Shown here piece after piece: positions 50,714 to 59,880 of a stretch of DNA of 64,000 bases; within the stretch, counting starts at the first letter, position 1; every line of letters begins with the position of its first letter. Source of the stretch: an uncultured Gemmatimonadales bacterium. Its GTDB lineage: Bacteria; Gemmatimonadota; Gemmatimonadetes; Palauibacterales; Palauibacteraceae. Both the position numbers and the translations under genes were made by a program. Below the pieces are notes generated by a model, which saw only the letters and a list, made by a program, of their open reading frames with translations, was not told where the DNA came from and did not search any database. The stretch lies in assembly GCA_963783385.1 (NCBI GenBank), contig CAWANJ010000003.1, positions 353,448 through 417,447 of the forward strand, read 5' to 3'.

Positions 50714-51722
50714 GCCCGGCCGACGGGACGTGGCTCCCGGCGATCCTCGTCCTGGCCGCGGCCCTGGTGGCCGCCACCGTAGTCCACCTGCACTGGCAGC
50801 ACGAGTACACGCTGCCGGCCGGGGCCGGGCTCGAGACCGAGCCCCCCGTGGCGCTCACCGCCCTCAAGTCCGTCCGCTTCCTGGCCGAGGTGGCGGCGCT
50901 CCGGGCGCGGGGGATCCCGGTCGTGTGGACCGTCCACAACCCGGTGAGCCACGAGCGCCACGCCGAGCGCACCGAGCGGGCCGCGAGCGCCGCCCTGGCC
51001 CGGCTGGCCAGCGCCCTGACCGTGCTGGGGGAGAGCGCCCGGCCGGTGGTGGCCGGGGCGTACCGGCTGTCCCCGGAGCGCGCCGTCCGGATCGAGGTGG
51101 TGCGGCACGGCCCCCTGCGGGCGTCTACGGCCCCCTCCCCGACCGGAAAGAGGCGCGCCGGGCGCTGGGGCTGGAGGAGGCGGCGTTCGTCTACCTCCAC
51201 CTGGGGGCGCTCCGGGCCTACAAGCGGGCCGGCCGGGTGGCGCGCGCCTTCCGGGCCGTGGAGGACCGGGCGGCGAGGCTGGTGGTGGCCGGCCAGGTGG
51301 TGGAGCCGGCGGTCGGGGAGGCGCTGGAGGCCGCCGCCCGCGCCGACCCCCGGATCCGGCTCGACCTCCGGCACGTGCCGGCCGGGGAGGTGGCGGCCCT
51401 GCTGGCCGCGGCCGACGCCCTGGTCTACGCCGGCCACACCGTGCTCCTGTCGGGCGTGGTCGTCCTGGCCCTGGGCGCCGGCCTCCCCATGGTCCTCCCC
51501 CGGAGCGGCGTCCTGGCCGACTACGTCCCCGAGGGGGGCGCCGCCTGGTACGACCCCGCCGAGCCCGGGGCGCTGGAGCGGGCCATGGCGGAGATCCGGG
51601 GACGTGACCTGGAGGCGATGCGGAGGGCGAACCGGGCCGCGGGGGAGGCGCTGTCCTGGGAGGAGGCGGCGGAGCGGCTGACGGCGCTGTACGGGAGGCT
51701 GGCCGGAGGCCCGAAGCGCTGA
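50710..51722 (+). CDS. GT4-family glycosyltransferase (frameshift near 51120)
   Basis: VVHLHW, VVWTVHN..SHE, LGALRAYK, LLSG...LALG.GLP. Confidence 0.7.
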
Positions 51723-51731
51723 GGCGGCCGG

Positions 51732-51761
51732 TCAGCACAGGAAGAGCGCCGCGACCGGGGT
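51732..51761 (-). pseudogene. 3'-end remnant of an array paralogue
   Basis: tcagcacaggaagagcgccgcgaccggggt matches 52916-52945 at 28 of 30 nt. Confidence 0.6.
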
Positions 51762-51816
51762 CCCGCCGGAGCTTACCGGGCTTGTCGGATAGCCCCGGAG
51801 ATCCCGGGTCAGATCC

Positions 51817-52060
51817 TCAGCGGAGCCAGACGGATCCCAGCGTTCCGATGATGGCGACGAACAGGGTGATGAGCCCGGTGACCGCGAACCGGAAGTTGCG
51901 GTTCAGCTCGCTCTGGAGTGAATCGATTTTGCCCGAGAGGGCCTGCGCCGAACCCTGGACCTGGCTCCGAAGCGACTGAAGGGACCCGTCGAGGGTCGCA
52001 TGGCCGTGGGCAAGGCTCCCATCGTTTCGTAGGACAAGGGTCGGAGACTCGAGCCCGTCG
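51817..52060 (-). pseudogene. Diverged or 5'-damaged coiled-coil plus C-terminal TM paralogue
   Basis: ..KIDSLQSELNRNFRFAVTGLITLFVAIIGTLGSVWLR; the 3' flank matches that of the 54349 copy; no clear start. Confidence 0.55.
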
Positions 52061-52143
52061 TCGTGAAAAAGTCTTGGGATTCGGGCGGGGCGGAAGTGTT
52101 GGGAGCAAGATTCCCCGTAGTCGACCTCGCACCAACCCCGGTC

Positions 52144-52192
52144 TTGCCACCGTGGGTGGGTCTGTGGTATATTCCCACTGTGGTATGATACC
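52144..52192 (+). promoter_or_regulatory. TA operon promoter/operator
   Basis: TTGCCA-18-TATATT with extended TG; ctgtggtat repeated twice; ggtatgatacc palindrome; AAGGAGG RBS follows. Confidence 0.65.
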
Positions 52193-52207
52193 CAATAAGG
52201 AGGAAGC

Positions 52208-52504
52208 ATGCGCACAGTGGGGTTCTTGACGCTCGACGCGAAGGGTAGGACCACGTTCCCGAAGGACGTTCGACGAGAGCTTGGTATCGGCGACCAGACA
52301 CAGCTGCGCCTCGACAAGACCGACGACGGGAGCTATGAGCTCGTACCCGTCGAGCCGATCCCTCACGACCACCTGTGGTATCACAGCGCAGAAGGACGAG
52401 CCCGGCTCGAGAGGGCAGAGGCCGATTTTGCGTCTGGACACTCCACGCGTGTCAGCGGCGAGGCGGCCACCAGGCGACACCTGGATGATCTGAAGACTTC
52501 GTAG
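52208..52504 (+). CDS. AbrB/MazE/SpoVT-family antitoxin
   Basis: TLDAKGRTTFPKDVRRELGI.D; C-terminal W..S...R...AEADF.SG. Confidence 0.8.
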   Translation: MRTVGFLTLDAKGRTTFPKDVRRELGIGDQTQLRLDKTDDGSYELVPVEPIPHDHLWYHSAEGRARLERAEADFASGHSTRVSGEAATRRHLDDLKTS

Positions 52505-52506
52505 TT

Positions 52507-52803
52507 GTGGGGCGCAAAAAGGCCCACTTCTTCGACGCCGAGTTCTCGCGTCAGTTCGAGAAGGCGTACTCGAAGCTCGAGCGGAGACGACAGGAAGCCG
52601 TCGACGAAACCGTGATCGCTCTCCTGAAGGGAAGCCCAACGCCCGGGATGCGCGTAAAACCGATCGAGCCCGAGAAGTACTACCTGGAGGCGCGCATCAA
52701 CTCGGGCGATCGCTTGATTCACCGGGTGGACTCGGGGGTCGTTTACTTCGTGGATGTCGTCAGCCACGACCTGATCGGGAAGTACGGCAGCCGGCGGTCG
52801 TAG
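52507..52803 (+). CDS. RelE/ParE-superfamily toxin
   Basis: F.K.Y.KL, PGMRVKPI, EARINSGDRLI, VVSHD; directly after the antitoxin. Confidence 0.7.
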   Translation: MGRKKAHFFDAEFSRQFEKAYSKLERRRQEAVDETVIALLKGSPTPGMRVKPIEPEKYYLEARINSGDRLIHRVDSGVVYFVDVVSHDLIGKYGSRRS

Positions 52804-52915
52804 CGGCGAGGCCCACTGCAACCAGCCCCGCCCGAGCACGAGCCAACCCTTATCAAGACTTCTGCGTTTAGCATTACTTCCACTTCTCCACCACGACACG
52901 AGCCCGAACCGACGC

Positions 52916-53194
52916 TCAGCGCAGGAAGAGCGCCGCGACCAGGGTGCCGATGACGCTGACGAGGACCGTGACCTGGCCGGCGACGAGCCAGCGGAACTGC
53001 CGGGACATCTTCTGGTCCAGGCCGGCGAGACGGAGGTCGACGGCGTGGAATCGCGCGTCCATGGCCTGGAATCGCGCGTCCATGCTCCGCTCCAGACTGT
53101 CGAAGCGCCGGTCGATACCGTCGAAGCGCTCTCCGAAATCGTGCACGCGCCCCTCCAGCCTGGCGACCCGCTCCTCGAGCCCCGATCCGGTCAC
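52916..53194 (-). CDS. Small coiled-coil protein with C-terminal TM (DUF1640/Bdr-like), copy A, 92 aa
   Basis: LEERVARLEGRV.DFG.R, heptads, FRWLV.GQVTVLVSVIGTL.AAL.LR. Confidence 0.8.
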   Translation of the reverse strand: MTGSGLEERVARLEGRVHDFGERFDGIDRRFDSLERSMDARFQAMDARFHAVDLRLAGLDQKMSRQFRWLVAGQVTVLVSVIGTLVAALFLR

Positions 53195-53205
53195 GCGGTC
53201 GTCCT

Positions 53206-53296
53206 CCGCTGAAGGTTAGCTGCCCGGCCCGAAGGCCGCCACCGTCACCCGTGGACGAGGCGATGCGCGTCTGGCGTGGCCGCTGGAGGATAGAGG
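53206..53296. repeat. 91-bp upstream repeat of copy A (second copy at 53573-53663)
   Basis: ccgctgaaggttagctgcccggcc...ccgctggaggatagagg is nearly identical in both. Confidence 0.9.
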
Positions 53297-53303
53297 CGCG
53301 GGC

Positions 53304-53561
53304 TCAGCGCAGGAAGAGCGCCGCAACCAGCGTGCCGATGACGCTCACCAGGACGGTGACCTGGCCGCCCACGAGCCACCGGAACTGCGTGGACATCCGG
53401 CCGTCCAGGGCCGCGAGTCGCTCGTCGATCGCGGCGAAACGGGCGTCCATCCGGCGTTCGAGGCTGTCGAACCGCCGGTCCAGCCCGTCGAACCGGTCTC
53501 CAAAGTCCTGCACCCGCCCCTCCAGCCTGGCGACTCGCTCCTCGAGCCCGACTCCGGTCAC
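53304..53561 (-). CDS. Small coiled-coil/TM paralogue, copy B, 85 aa
   Basis: Same architecture as copy A, one heptad shorter. Confidence 0.8.
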   Translation of the reverse strand: MTGVGLEERVARLEGRVQDFGDRFDGLDRRFDSLERRMDARFAAIDERLAALDGRMSTQFRWLVGGQVTVLVSVIGTLVAALFLR

Positions 53562-53757
53562 CTGATCACCGTCCGCTGAAGGTTAGCTGCCCGGCCGGAA
53601 GGCCGCCACCGTCACCCATGGACGAAGCGGCGCGCGGCCGGCGCGGCCGCTGGAGGATAGAGGTGCCGGTCAACGTCCGCTCAATTCGCTGGGGGGCCGG
53701 CGAGCGCTCCGGGGCGATTCGATCGAGACGTGTGTAGGGGAGGAGGCCGGCGCGCCC

Positions 53758-54057
53758 TCAGCGCAGGAGGAGCGCCGCGATCAGGGTGCCGATGACGCTC
53801 ACGAGCACGGTGACCTGCCCGCCCACGAGCCACCGGAACTGGTTGGACATCCTGTCGTCGAGAGCCACGAAGCGGCGGTCCATATCGGCAAACCGGGCGT
53901 CGACAGCCTGGAAGCGGGCGTCGGCGCGTCGTTCGAAGCCTTCGAGCTGGCGTTGGACGCCGTCGAATCGCCGGTCCAGGCCGTCGAACCGCTCCCCGAA
54001 ATCCTGCACGCGCCCCTCCAGCCTTGCGACCCGCTCCTCGAGTGCCGGTTCCGCCAC
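53758..54057 (-). CDS. Small coiled-coil/TM paralogue, copy C, 99 aa
   Basis: AGGAGG RBS; one heptad longer than copy A. Confidence 0.82.
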   Translation of the reverse strand: MAEPALEERVARLEGRVQDFGERFDGLDRRFDGVQRQLEGFERRADARFQAVDARFADMDRRFVALDDRMSNQFRWLVGGQVTVLVSVIGTLIAALLLR

Positions 54058-54155
54058 GCGATCTCCTCCTTTCCAGAATAGCTCTGCGGCCGAAGCGCCG
54101 CCACGATGGCCCGCAGAGGATGCTGCCGCGCCTCATCGGAGTCTGACGCCGCCCC
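54055..54155. repeat. About 100-bp upstream repeat of copy C (second copy at 54613-54714)
   Basis: cacgcgatctcctcctttccagaatagct...gcctcatcggagtct.acgccgcccc in both. Confidence 0.9.
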
Positions 54156-54348
54156 CCTGGCCGCCTCCCGGCGCTTCGGGGGAGGGGCTCGCGCCGTGGC
54201 GGCGGGATTGCCTATTTTGAGGCCCGAACGCCTCCCACGCCGTCACCCCCCTCAGGGAGGAGGACGCCTGGCCGGGCTGGACGGGAGGTTGACGGGGGGC
54301 GCCGGGGCCGGCCGGGACCCTGAGATGTCCCGAGATCCCGGCCGATCC

Positions 54349-54615
54349 TCAGCGCAGCCAGAGAGCGGTCACCAGGGCGCCGATCACGGCGATGAAGAGG
54401 GCGATGAGGGTGCCCTCGAGCCACAGGAACTTCCCGTCCAGCTTTGCGAGGCGCGCATCGAGGGCGTCGAATCTCACGTCCATCCGCCGCTCGAAACCCT
54501 CGAGCCGACGCTCGAGGCCGGCGAACCGCCGGTCGATGCCGTCGAAGCGATCTCCAAAATCCTGCACGCGCCCCTCCAGCCTGGCGACGCGCTCCTCGAG
54601 CGCGGGTTCCGGCAC
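54349..54615 (-). CDS. Small coiled-coil/TM paralogue, copy D, 88 aa
   Basis: Same N-terminus as C; different anchor LIALFIAVIGALVTALWLR. Confidence 0.82.
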   Translation of the reverse strand: MPEPALEERVARLEGRVQDFGDRFDGIDRRFAGLERRLEGFERRMDVRFDALDARLAKLDGKFLWLEGTLIALFIAVIGALVTALWLR

Positions 54616-54719
54616 GCGATCTCCTCCTTTCCAGAATAGCTGTGCGGCCGAAGCGCCGCCACGATGGCCCGCAGAGGATGCGCCAGCGCCTCATCGGAGT
54701 CTCACGCCGCCCCCTTCGG

Positions 54720-54969
54720 CCGTCTCCGGGCGCTTCATCGGTCACCATCTCACCAGGTACCTCAAGGGCAAGGGGTACTGGATTCGCGGCGCCGACCTCG
54801 AGCGTCCCGAGTACGAGCCCACGCCGCCATCGCCCGCAACAACACGCTCATCAACCTGAACATGCTGGGCGCCGCGCTCACGGCGGGCGTCGAGCGCTTC
54901 CTGTTCTCCTCCTCGGCGTGCGTGTATCCGCAGGACAGCCGGCAGGCACCCATGAGGCCGCGCCGCTGA
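54720..54969 (+). pseudogene. NAD-dependent sugar epimerase remnant (GDP-mannose 3,5-epimerase-like)
   Basis: GRFIGHHLTRYLKGKGYWIRGAD joined out of frame to NTLINLNML..A..AGVERFLFSSSACVYP; the intervening region and C-terminus are missing. Confidence 0.75.
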
Positions 54970-54975
54970 ACGACC

Positions 54976-55349
54976 GTGCTGTCCGCCGCTGCCGTCATGC
55001 TCCTCCTGGGGGCGCCCCAGCCCCCTCCACCGGCGCCCAGCACGCCGTGCGCGGCCTTCTCACGGGGAACGACGCGGCGGCGACGGCGCGCCTCCGGGCG
55101 GCCCTCCTCTCCCACCAGAACCGGAACGCGGGCCCGGAGGCGGCCGACCTGGTCGATGCCGCGTCGGGCCTCCTCTCGGATCCAGGCGGTCTGCCGGACG
55201 CGGTCGAGGCCCAGAACGCCCTGGTCCGGGCCAGCTCCCGGGACTTCCTGGCCGATCCCCCGCCCGAGTTCGTGGCGCTGCACGCCGCGCTGGCGGAGCT
55301 GGTGGCCGCGGCCGGCGGAGAGGCCGGGGATGGGACCCGGCATCCCTAG
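54976..55349 (+). CDS. Small exported helical protein (frameshift near 55065)
   Basis: Hydrophobic N-terminus; continues as ..DAVEAQNALVRASSRDFLADPPPEFVALHAALAEL. Confidence 0.4.
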
Positions 55350-56145
55350 GGAGAGGGGAGCGCGGAGGCCGCCGATCGGCCGGGGTCCCGCGCTGGCCCT
55401 TGCCCTGGCGGCCGCCGCCCTGACCGCGGCGGCCCGGCCCACGGGGCTGGCCGCGCAGGACGCGGCGCAGCTCCGCCAGCGCTTCCTCCTCCCCGTGCCG
55501 GGGACGCCCGAGGCGGCGCTCCGGCCCGCCTGGTGGACCGTGCCCGGGGCCTCGCTGGCCACCCCCACCGCGTACGGGGCCGACGCGGCGGTCGAGGGCG
55601 GCTTCGGCCTGGGCGACGCGCGCCGCAACGTGGGGCTCCAGGTGGCCCTGGTGAGCTTCACCACCTTCCGCGAGGGCTTCTTCACGCGGGGCGGCGTGGA
55701 CCTGGAGCTCCACCGCGAGCTGTGGCGCGGCGGGGCGGCCGGGGTGGGGTGGGAGAGCGCGGTCAAGTGGGGCTTCCAGGACGGCGGCACGAGCCAGTAC
55801 GGGGTCGTGAGCCAGTGGATCCCGCTGGCCGGGACCGGGCGGGCGTTCGGGTCGGCCGTCGTGTCGCTGGGGGTGGGGAACGGCCGCTTCAAGTCCCAGG
55901 GCGACTACGTGGCCGGCCGGAACCGCTTCAACCCGTTCGGGAGCGTGTCCGTGCGCGTGCTGCCGCCCGTCTCCCTCATCGGCGAGTGGACCGGCCAGAA
56001 CCTGTTCCTGGCCGCCTCGGTGGCGCCGCTCCGGCGGATCGGGCTCGTGACGACGGTGGGGCTGGCGGACGTGCTCAGGACCTCGGGCGACGGCGTGAGG
56101 TTCGTCGTGACCGGGAGTCTGAGCGCGGACTTCCGGGGGCGGTGA
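55330..56145 (+). CDS. Outer-membrane beta-barrel-like protein
   Basis: Signal peptide ..GLAAQ; PGASLATPTAYGAD; SLGVGNGRF; IGEWTGQNL; terminal strand. Confidence 0.6.
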   Translation: MGPGIPRERGARRPPIGRGPALALALAAAALTAAARPTGLAAQDAAQLRQRFLLPVPGTPEAALRPAWWTVPGASLATPTAYGADAAVEGGFGLGDARRNVGLQVALVSFTTFREGFFTRGGVDLELHRELWRGGAAGVGWESAVKWGFQDGGTSQYGVVSQWIPLAGTGRAFGSAVVSLGVGNGRFKSQGDYVAGRNRFNPFGSVSVRVLPPVSLIGEWTGQNLFLAASVAPLRRIGLVTTVGLADVLRTSGDGVRFVVTGSLSADFRGR

Positions 56146-56566
56146 GGCTGGACCGGCAAGGGAGAAGGGCGTGAAGTCGGGGTGGGCGGAGGCGGCAGAA
56201 GCTCCCCTTCCCGGTTGCACGCCTGCCCCGGGAGTTCGCACCTTCCAGCCGTGATCCCCCCAGAAATGGCCTGTCTCCGACGCGGCAGAGCGCGACCGTC
56301 CTACGGCGTTCCGACGTGCGCCCCCGATGCTTCCCGCTCACGAGGCCGAGGCCTCCAGGGAAATGCCGCGGGGACGCCCGCGGCAGAAATGCGATGATGT
56401 GCCGTTGATAGATCGGAGCAGGTTGTAGGATTCGAGACGCCGAGGCCCGAAAGCCGCTGGATGGCCAGCAGAGGTCCGCCGGGCGGGGTTCGGGCTTTGG
56501 TGCATCGCCGTTGCGGGTCGACGAGCTGTGACGTGCGGTTGGAGATTGGAAAGGGTGCGGGGCGTC

Positions 56567-57393
56567 GTGGAGAGAGGTAGGGCTCAAGGGCCGCCGTGCT
56601 TCGTGGTATCCACCGGCCGCTGCGGATCACAGAATGCTGGCCCAGGTGCTCGCTCACCTGCCTGGCGTGGCCTCTCTGCACGAGCCCCAGCCCTGGATGA
56701 ACACGGAGGCGTACCTGGCGTGGGCCGGGAAGCGCGATTCCGAGTGGCTGCAGCGGACGTCTCGCGCATAAGCGGGACGGGCTCATCCGGCAGCTCTCGT
56801 CCGGAGGACTCCTGTATGTCGAGAGCTCCCACTTCCTGTCGCACCTGATTCCGGAATTGCGCGAACGGTACGGGGGACGCTTCATCCCCCTCTACCGTGA
56901 CGGTCGGGACTTTACGCGGAGCGGTCTTGAGCGAGGGTGGTATCGCTCGCAAGGGATTAAGGGAGTGGCTGAAGATGCGGGCGCGTCGCCGGCGTGGCCG
57001 TGGACGTCGGTTTCTCCTGGGCGGATCACCGACTCGATCCCCCGTCGCGGCTTGATGAGTCGACTCGAGAAGATCGCCTGGCTGTGGGCGGAGATCAACC
57101 GAGTGATCCTCAGAGACCTTGCGGATATTCCGGACGCTGACCAGGAGCGGGTCCGGCTGGAGGACTTTGGTGAAGAGACGATCGAACGGTTGGCTGCCTT
57201 TCTAGGGCTTCAGGCCGACCAGCGGTTGCTCCGACACATGCTTACCGTCGCCGATCGACGGCCGAATCGAACGGTTGCATTTGAGGCGCCGAGTCCACGC
57301 GCCTGGTCGGAGGTGGAAAAGGAGCGATTCAGATCCGTGGCCGGTCCAATGCAGGAGCGTCTCGGCTATTCGGCTCCGTGCCATGCGGCCTGA
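56567..57393 (+). CDS. Sulfotransferase-family protein (several frameshifts)
   Basis: FVVSTGRCGS (5'-PSB-like), LHEP, ESS.FLS.LI, LYRDGRDF..S (3'-PB-like), RLED, RLGY. Confidence 0.65.
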
Positions 57394-58296
57394 GCGGAGC
57401 TTGATCCGAGCGCTGGCGACCTGGCCCCGGCGCCGGTGGATCGCGCTCGGCGCAGTGGCAGCGCTACTGGGTGCGGCGGGCGGCGCGGGAGCCGGGTTCG
57501 CTCTCGGGTCATCGAGCTGGCGAATACCCGCGCTCGTCCTCGGCGCGGTGCTCGGGGCCGGGTTCGGTGGCGCGTTGCCGCTGCACTCTGTATCTCGGCG
57601 TTCGGAACAGCTGGCGGACGGAGCAGGGGCTGAGGGAGCTCGGTGCTCTGGTCAACGTTCGGCCGCTCTCGGGGCGCCTTCCTCTCAACCTCGGGGGCTG
57701 GCCCGCCGACCCTGTCCTCATGGATGTCGTCCTCCGACTCCTCGCCGACCGCAACCCCGAGCTGGTGGTCGAGTGCGGCTCGGGGTGGTCCACCGTGCTG
57801 CTCTCGAGGTGCCTGGCCGAGCTCGGGACGGGTCGCCTGATAGCCTTCGAGCATGACGAGCGTTTCGCTGAGCACACGCGGAGACTCCTCGGCGGATACG
57901 GCGTCGAGAATCGGGCTCGTGTGGTGCATGCCCCGCTCGCCGAGCGTGACGTCGATGGTCGGGCGCGGCTCTGGTACGGACCGCAGGTCGAGGACGCGCT
58001 CGACGACGACCCCTCGGAGAGCCTCATTGGCATTCTTCTCGTCGACGGGCCCCCGGGCGATGCGGCCGCACGGAGCCGGTACCCGGCCGTGCCGGTGCTT
58101 CGGAGCCGCCTATCTCGAGGATGCGGTCGTTCTACTGGATGACGGATACCGGGACGACGAGGCGTGGACCGCACGCGAGTGGGGGAGGAGCTTGGGCGTC
58201 GAGCCGACGTTCATGGCGGCGGTCACGGGCGTATGGCGGCTGGATCTCGCCGTGCGAACCGCATCCCGGACTCCGGGTGAGGAGTCGCATCCGTGA
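57383..58296 (+). CDS. Class I SAM-dependent methyltransferase with N-terminal TMs (two frameshifts)
   Basis: VVECGSGWST, AFEHD, LLVDGPPG, RYPAVP, VLLDDG.R.DE. Confidence 0.8.
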
Positions 58297-59807
58297 ATCG
58301 CTGGGGCGCCTCCCTGACACGCCTGAAGCAGTCCCTGGATTCACCGGGGGAGGATCTGGCCAGCCGCGTAGTGCATGGCGGACTCTGGACAGTGGTCCAG
58401 AAGTTCTCCGACCGAGCGCTGGGGTTCATCCGTACCGTCGTTCTGGCGAGGCTCCTTGCGCCGCACGATTTCGGGCTCTTCGGCATCGCTCTCGTGACCC
58501 AGGCGACGATCGATACGGTCCTGGAGTTCGGCGTGGATGCCGCCCTGGTGCAGCGGGAGGAGGGAGCGTCCGAGTATCTGGACGCGGCGTGGACGATCAG
58601 GGTCGCGAAGTCTGCGATCGTCGCGCTGGCCCTGATCGTCCTGGCGCCGGTGGCAGCGAACTTCTTCCATGCGCCCCCGGCTGTGAGCCTGATCCGTGTG
58701 CTCGCGCTGGTGGTCCTGCTGCGCGGTTTCCAAAACGTGGGAGTGGTCTACTTCCGGAAGGAGCTGGAGATCCGAAGCCAGTTCTTCCTGGGGTTCGGAA
58801 GCGCCCTGGCCGCGACCGCCGCGGCGATCGGTCTGGCCCTCGTTCTGGGTTCCGTGTGGGCCCTGATGGCCGGGCTCCTCGTGGGTGCGGCGGCGCAGCT
58901 GGCGCTGTCCTATACGCTCCATCCGTACCGGCCGTGGTTCGACTTCAATGTGGGCAAGGTTCGCGAGCTGTGGCGGTTCGGGAAGTGGCTGTTCGGAAGC
59001 AGCACGCTGAACTTCGCGGCCATACAGGGCGATGATATTCTCCTGGGGCGCTGGCTCGGGGCCGCTTCCCTGGGCCTGTATCAGATCGCCTACCGCATCT
59101 CGAACGGGGTGGCCACCGAGGTCACGCATGTGATCTCCGGAGTGACCTTCCCTGCCTACTCGAAGCTTCAGTCGCGTCCTGACGCGCTGCGGCGCGCTTT
59201 TCTCGATACGCTCTCCGTGACCATGTCACTCGTGGTGCCGCTGGCCGCAGCCATCGCGCTCTTCATTCCGGACTTCGTCCACTACATCCTCGGAGACAAG
59301 TGGCTCGGAATCGTGGCTCCGGTCCGCGTACTGGCCGTCGCCGGCCTGCTGCGGGCCGTAAGTGCATGCTGGGGCCCTCTCTACATGGCACGAGGGAGAA
59401 CCGAGAAGCCTTTCTGGAAGCAGCTCATGCGTGCGGTTCTCACCCTGGCTCCAGCCTATCCGATGGCCATGCGGTACGGCGTCACCGGAGTCTCGGCCTG
59501 CGTGGTCCTGGGCATTGGCGTAGCACTGACGTACGACTTCTTCTGGTCGGGTACGAAGGAGGAGGTCGGCATCGGGGTGGGAGACGTGGGCGCCCGGGTT
59601 GCGGCTCCCGTCCTCGCCACGCTCGGAGCGGCGGGATTGGAGGCACTCGTGCGACACGTTGCGTCAACGGGGTTCCTGGATGCTCTCATGCTGGCTTTTG
59701 TTTACGTGACGGCCTACGCGGCCGTGCTTCTCGCTCTGGAAACCCGTGGCTGGGCCTCGGGCTGGACGAGTCTCAGGACGCTCTGGGCGCGGGCGGGAGC
59801 TTCGTGA
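58293..59807 (+). CDS. wzx: Wzx-family polysaccharide flippase
   Basis: LARLLAPHDFG, ALVQR, RFG.WL, LGLYQIAY, FPAYSKLQ; 503 aa polytopic. Confidence 0.88.
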   Translation: MNRWGASLTRLKQSLDSPGEDLASRVVHGGLWTVVQKFSDRALGFIRTVVLARLLAPHDFGLFGIALVTQATIDTVLEFGVDAALVQREEGASEYLDAAWTIRVAKSAIVALALIVLAPVAANFFHAPPAVSLIRVLALVVLLRGFQNVGVVYFRKELEIRSQFFLGFGSALAATAAAIGLALVLGSVWALMAGLLVGAAAQLALSYTLHPYRPWFDFNVGKVRELWRFGKWLFGSSTLNFAAIQGDDILLGRWLGAASLGLYQIAYRISNGVATEVTHVISGVTFPAYSKLQSRPDALRRAFLDTLSVTMSLVVPLAAAIALFIPDFVHYILGDKWLGIVAPVRVLAVAGLLRAVSACWGPLYMARGRTEKPFWKQLMRAVLTLAPAYPMAMRYGVTGVSACVVLGIGVALTYDFFWSGTKEEVGIGVGDVGARVAAPVLATLGAAGLEALVRHVASTGFLDALMLAFVYVTAYAAVLLALETRGWASGWTSLRTLWARAGAS

Positions 59808-59880
59808 TGCCCTTGCCGTGCGCGATCTGGACGGCGAAGGAGGGCGCTCCCACCTCTCGGGCGCCGCGTGAGGGCGTGTC

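Noticed and set aside
48462-51722. Single 1086-aa TolB-glycosyltransferase fusion
   Set aside because: The middle of this ORF (about 50640-51120) is out-of-frame sequence; two indels better explain two separate genes with a GTGA overlap at 50710-50713.
53206-53663. Integron attC sites (GTTAGCT core) between array genes
   Set aside because: No matching inverse core or attC hairpin and no intI; the motif is better explained as the minus-strand -10 element (TAACCT).
52916-54615. Diversity-generating retroelement TR/VR pairs
   Set aside because: Differences between copies are heptad indels and mixed substitutions, not adenine-specific; no reverse transcriptase in the window.
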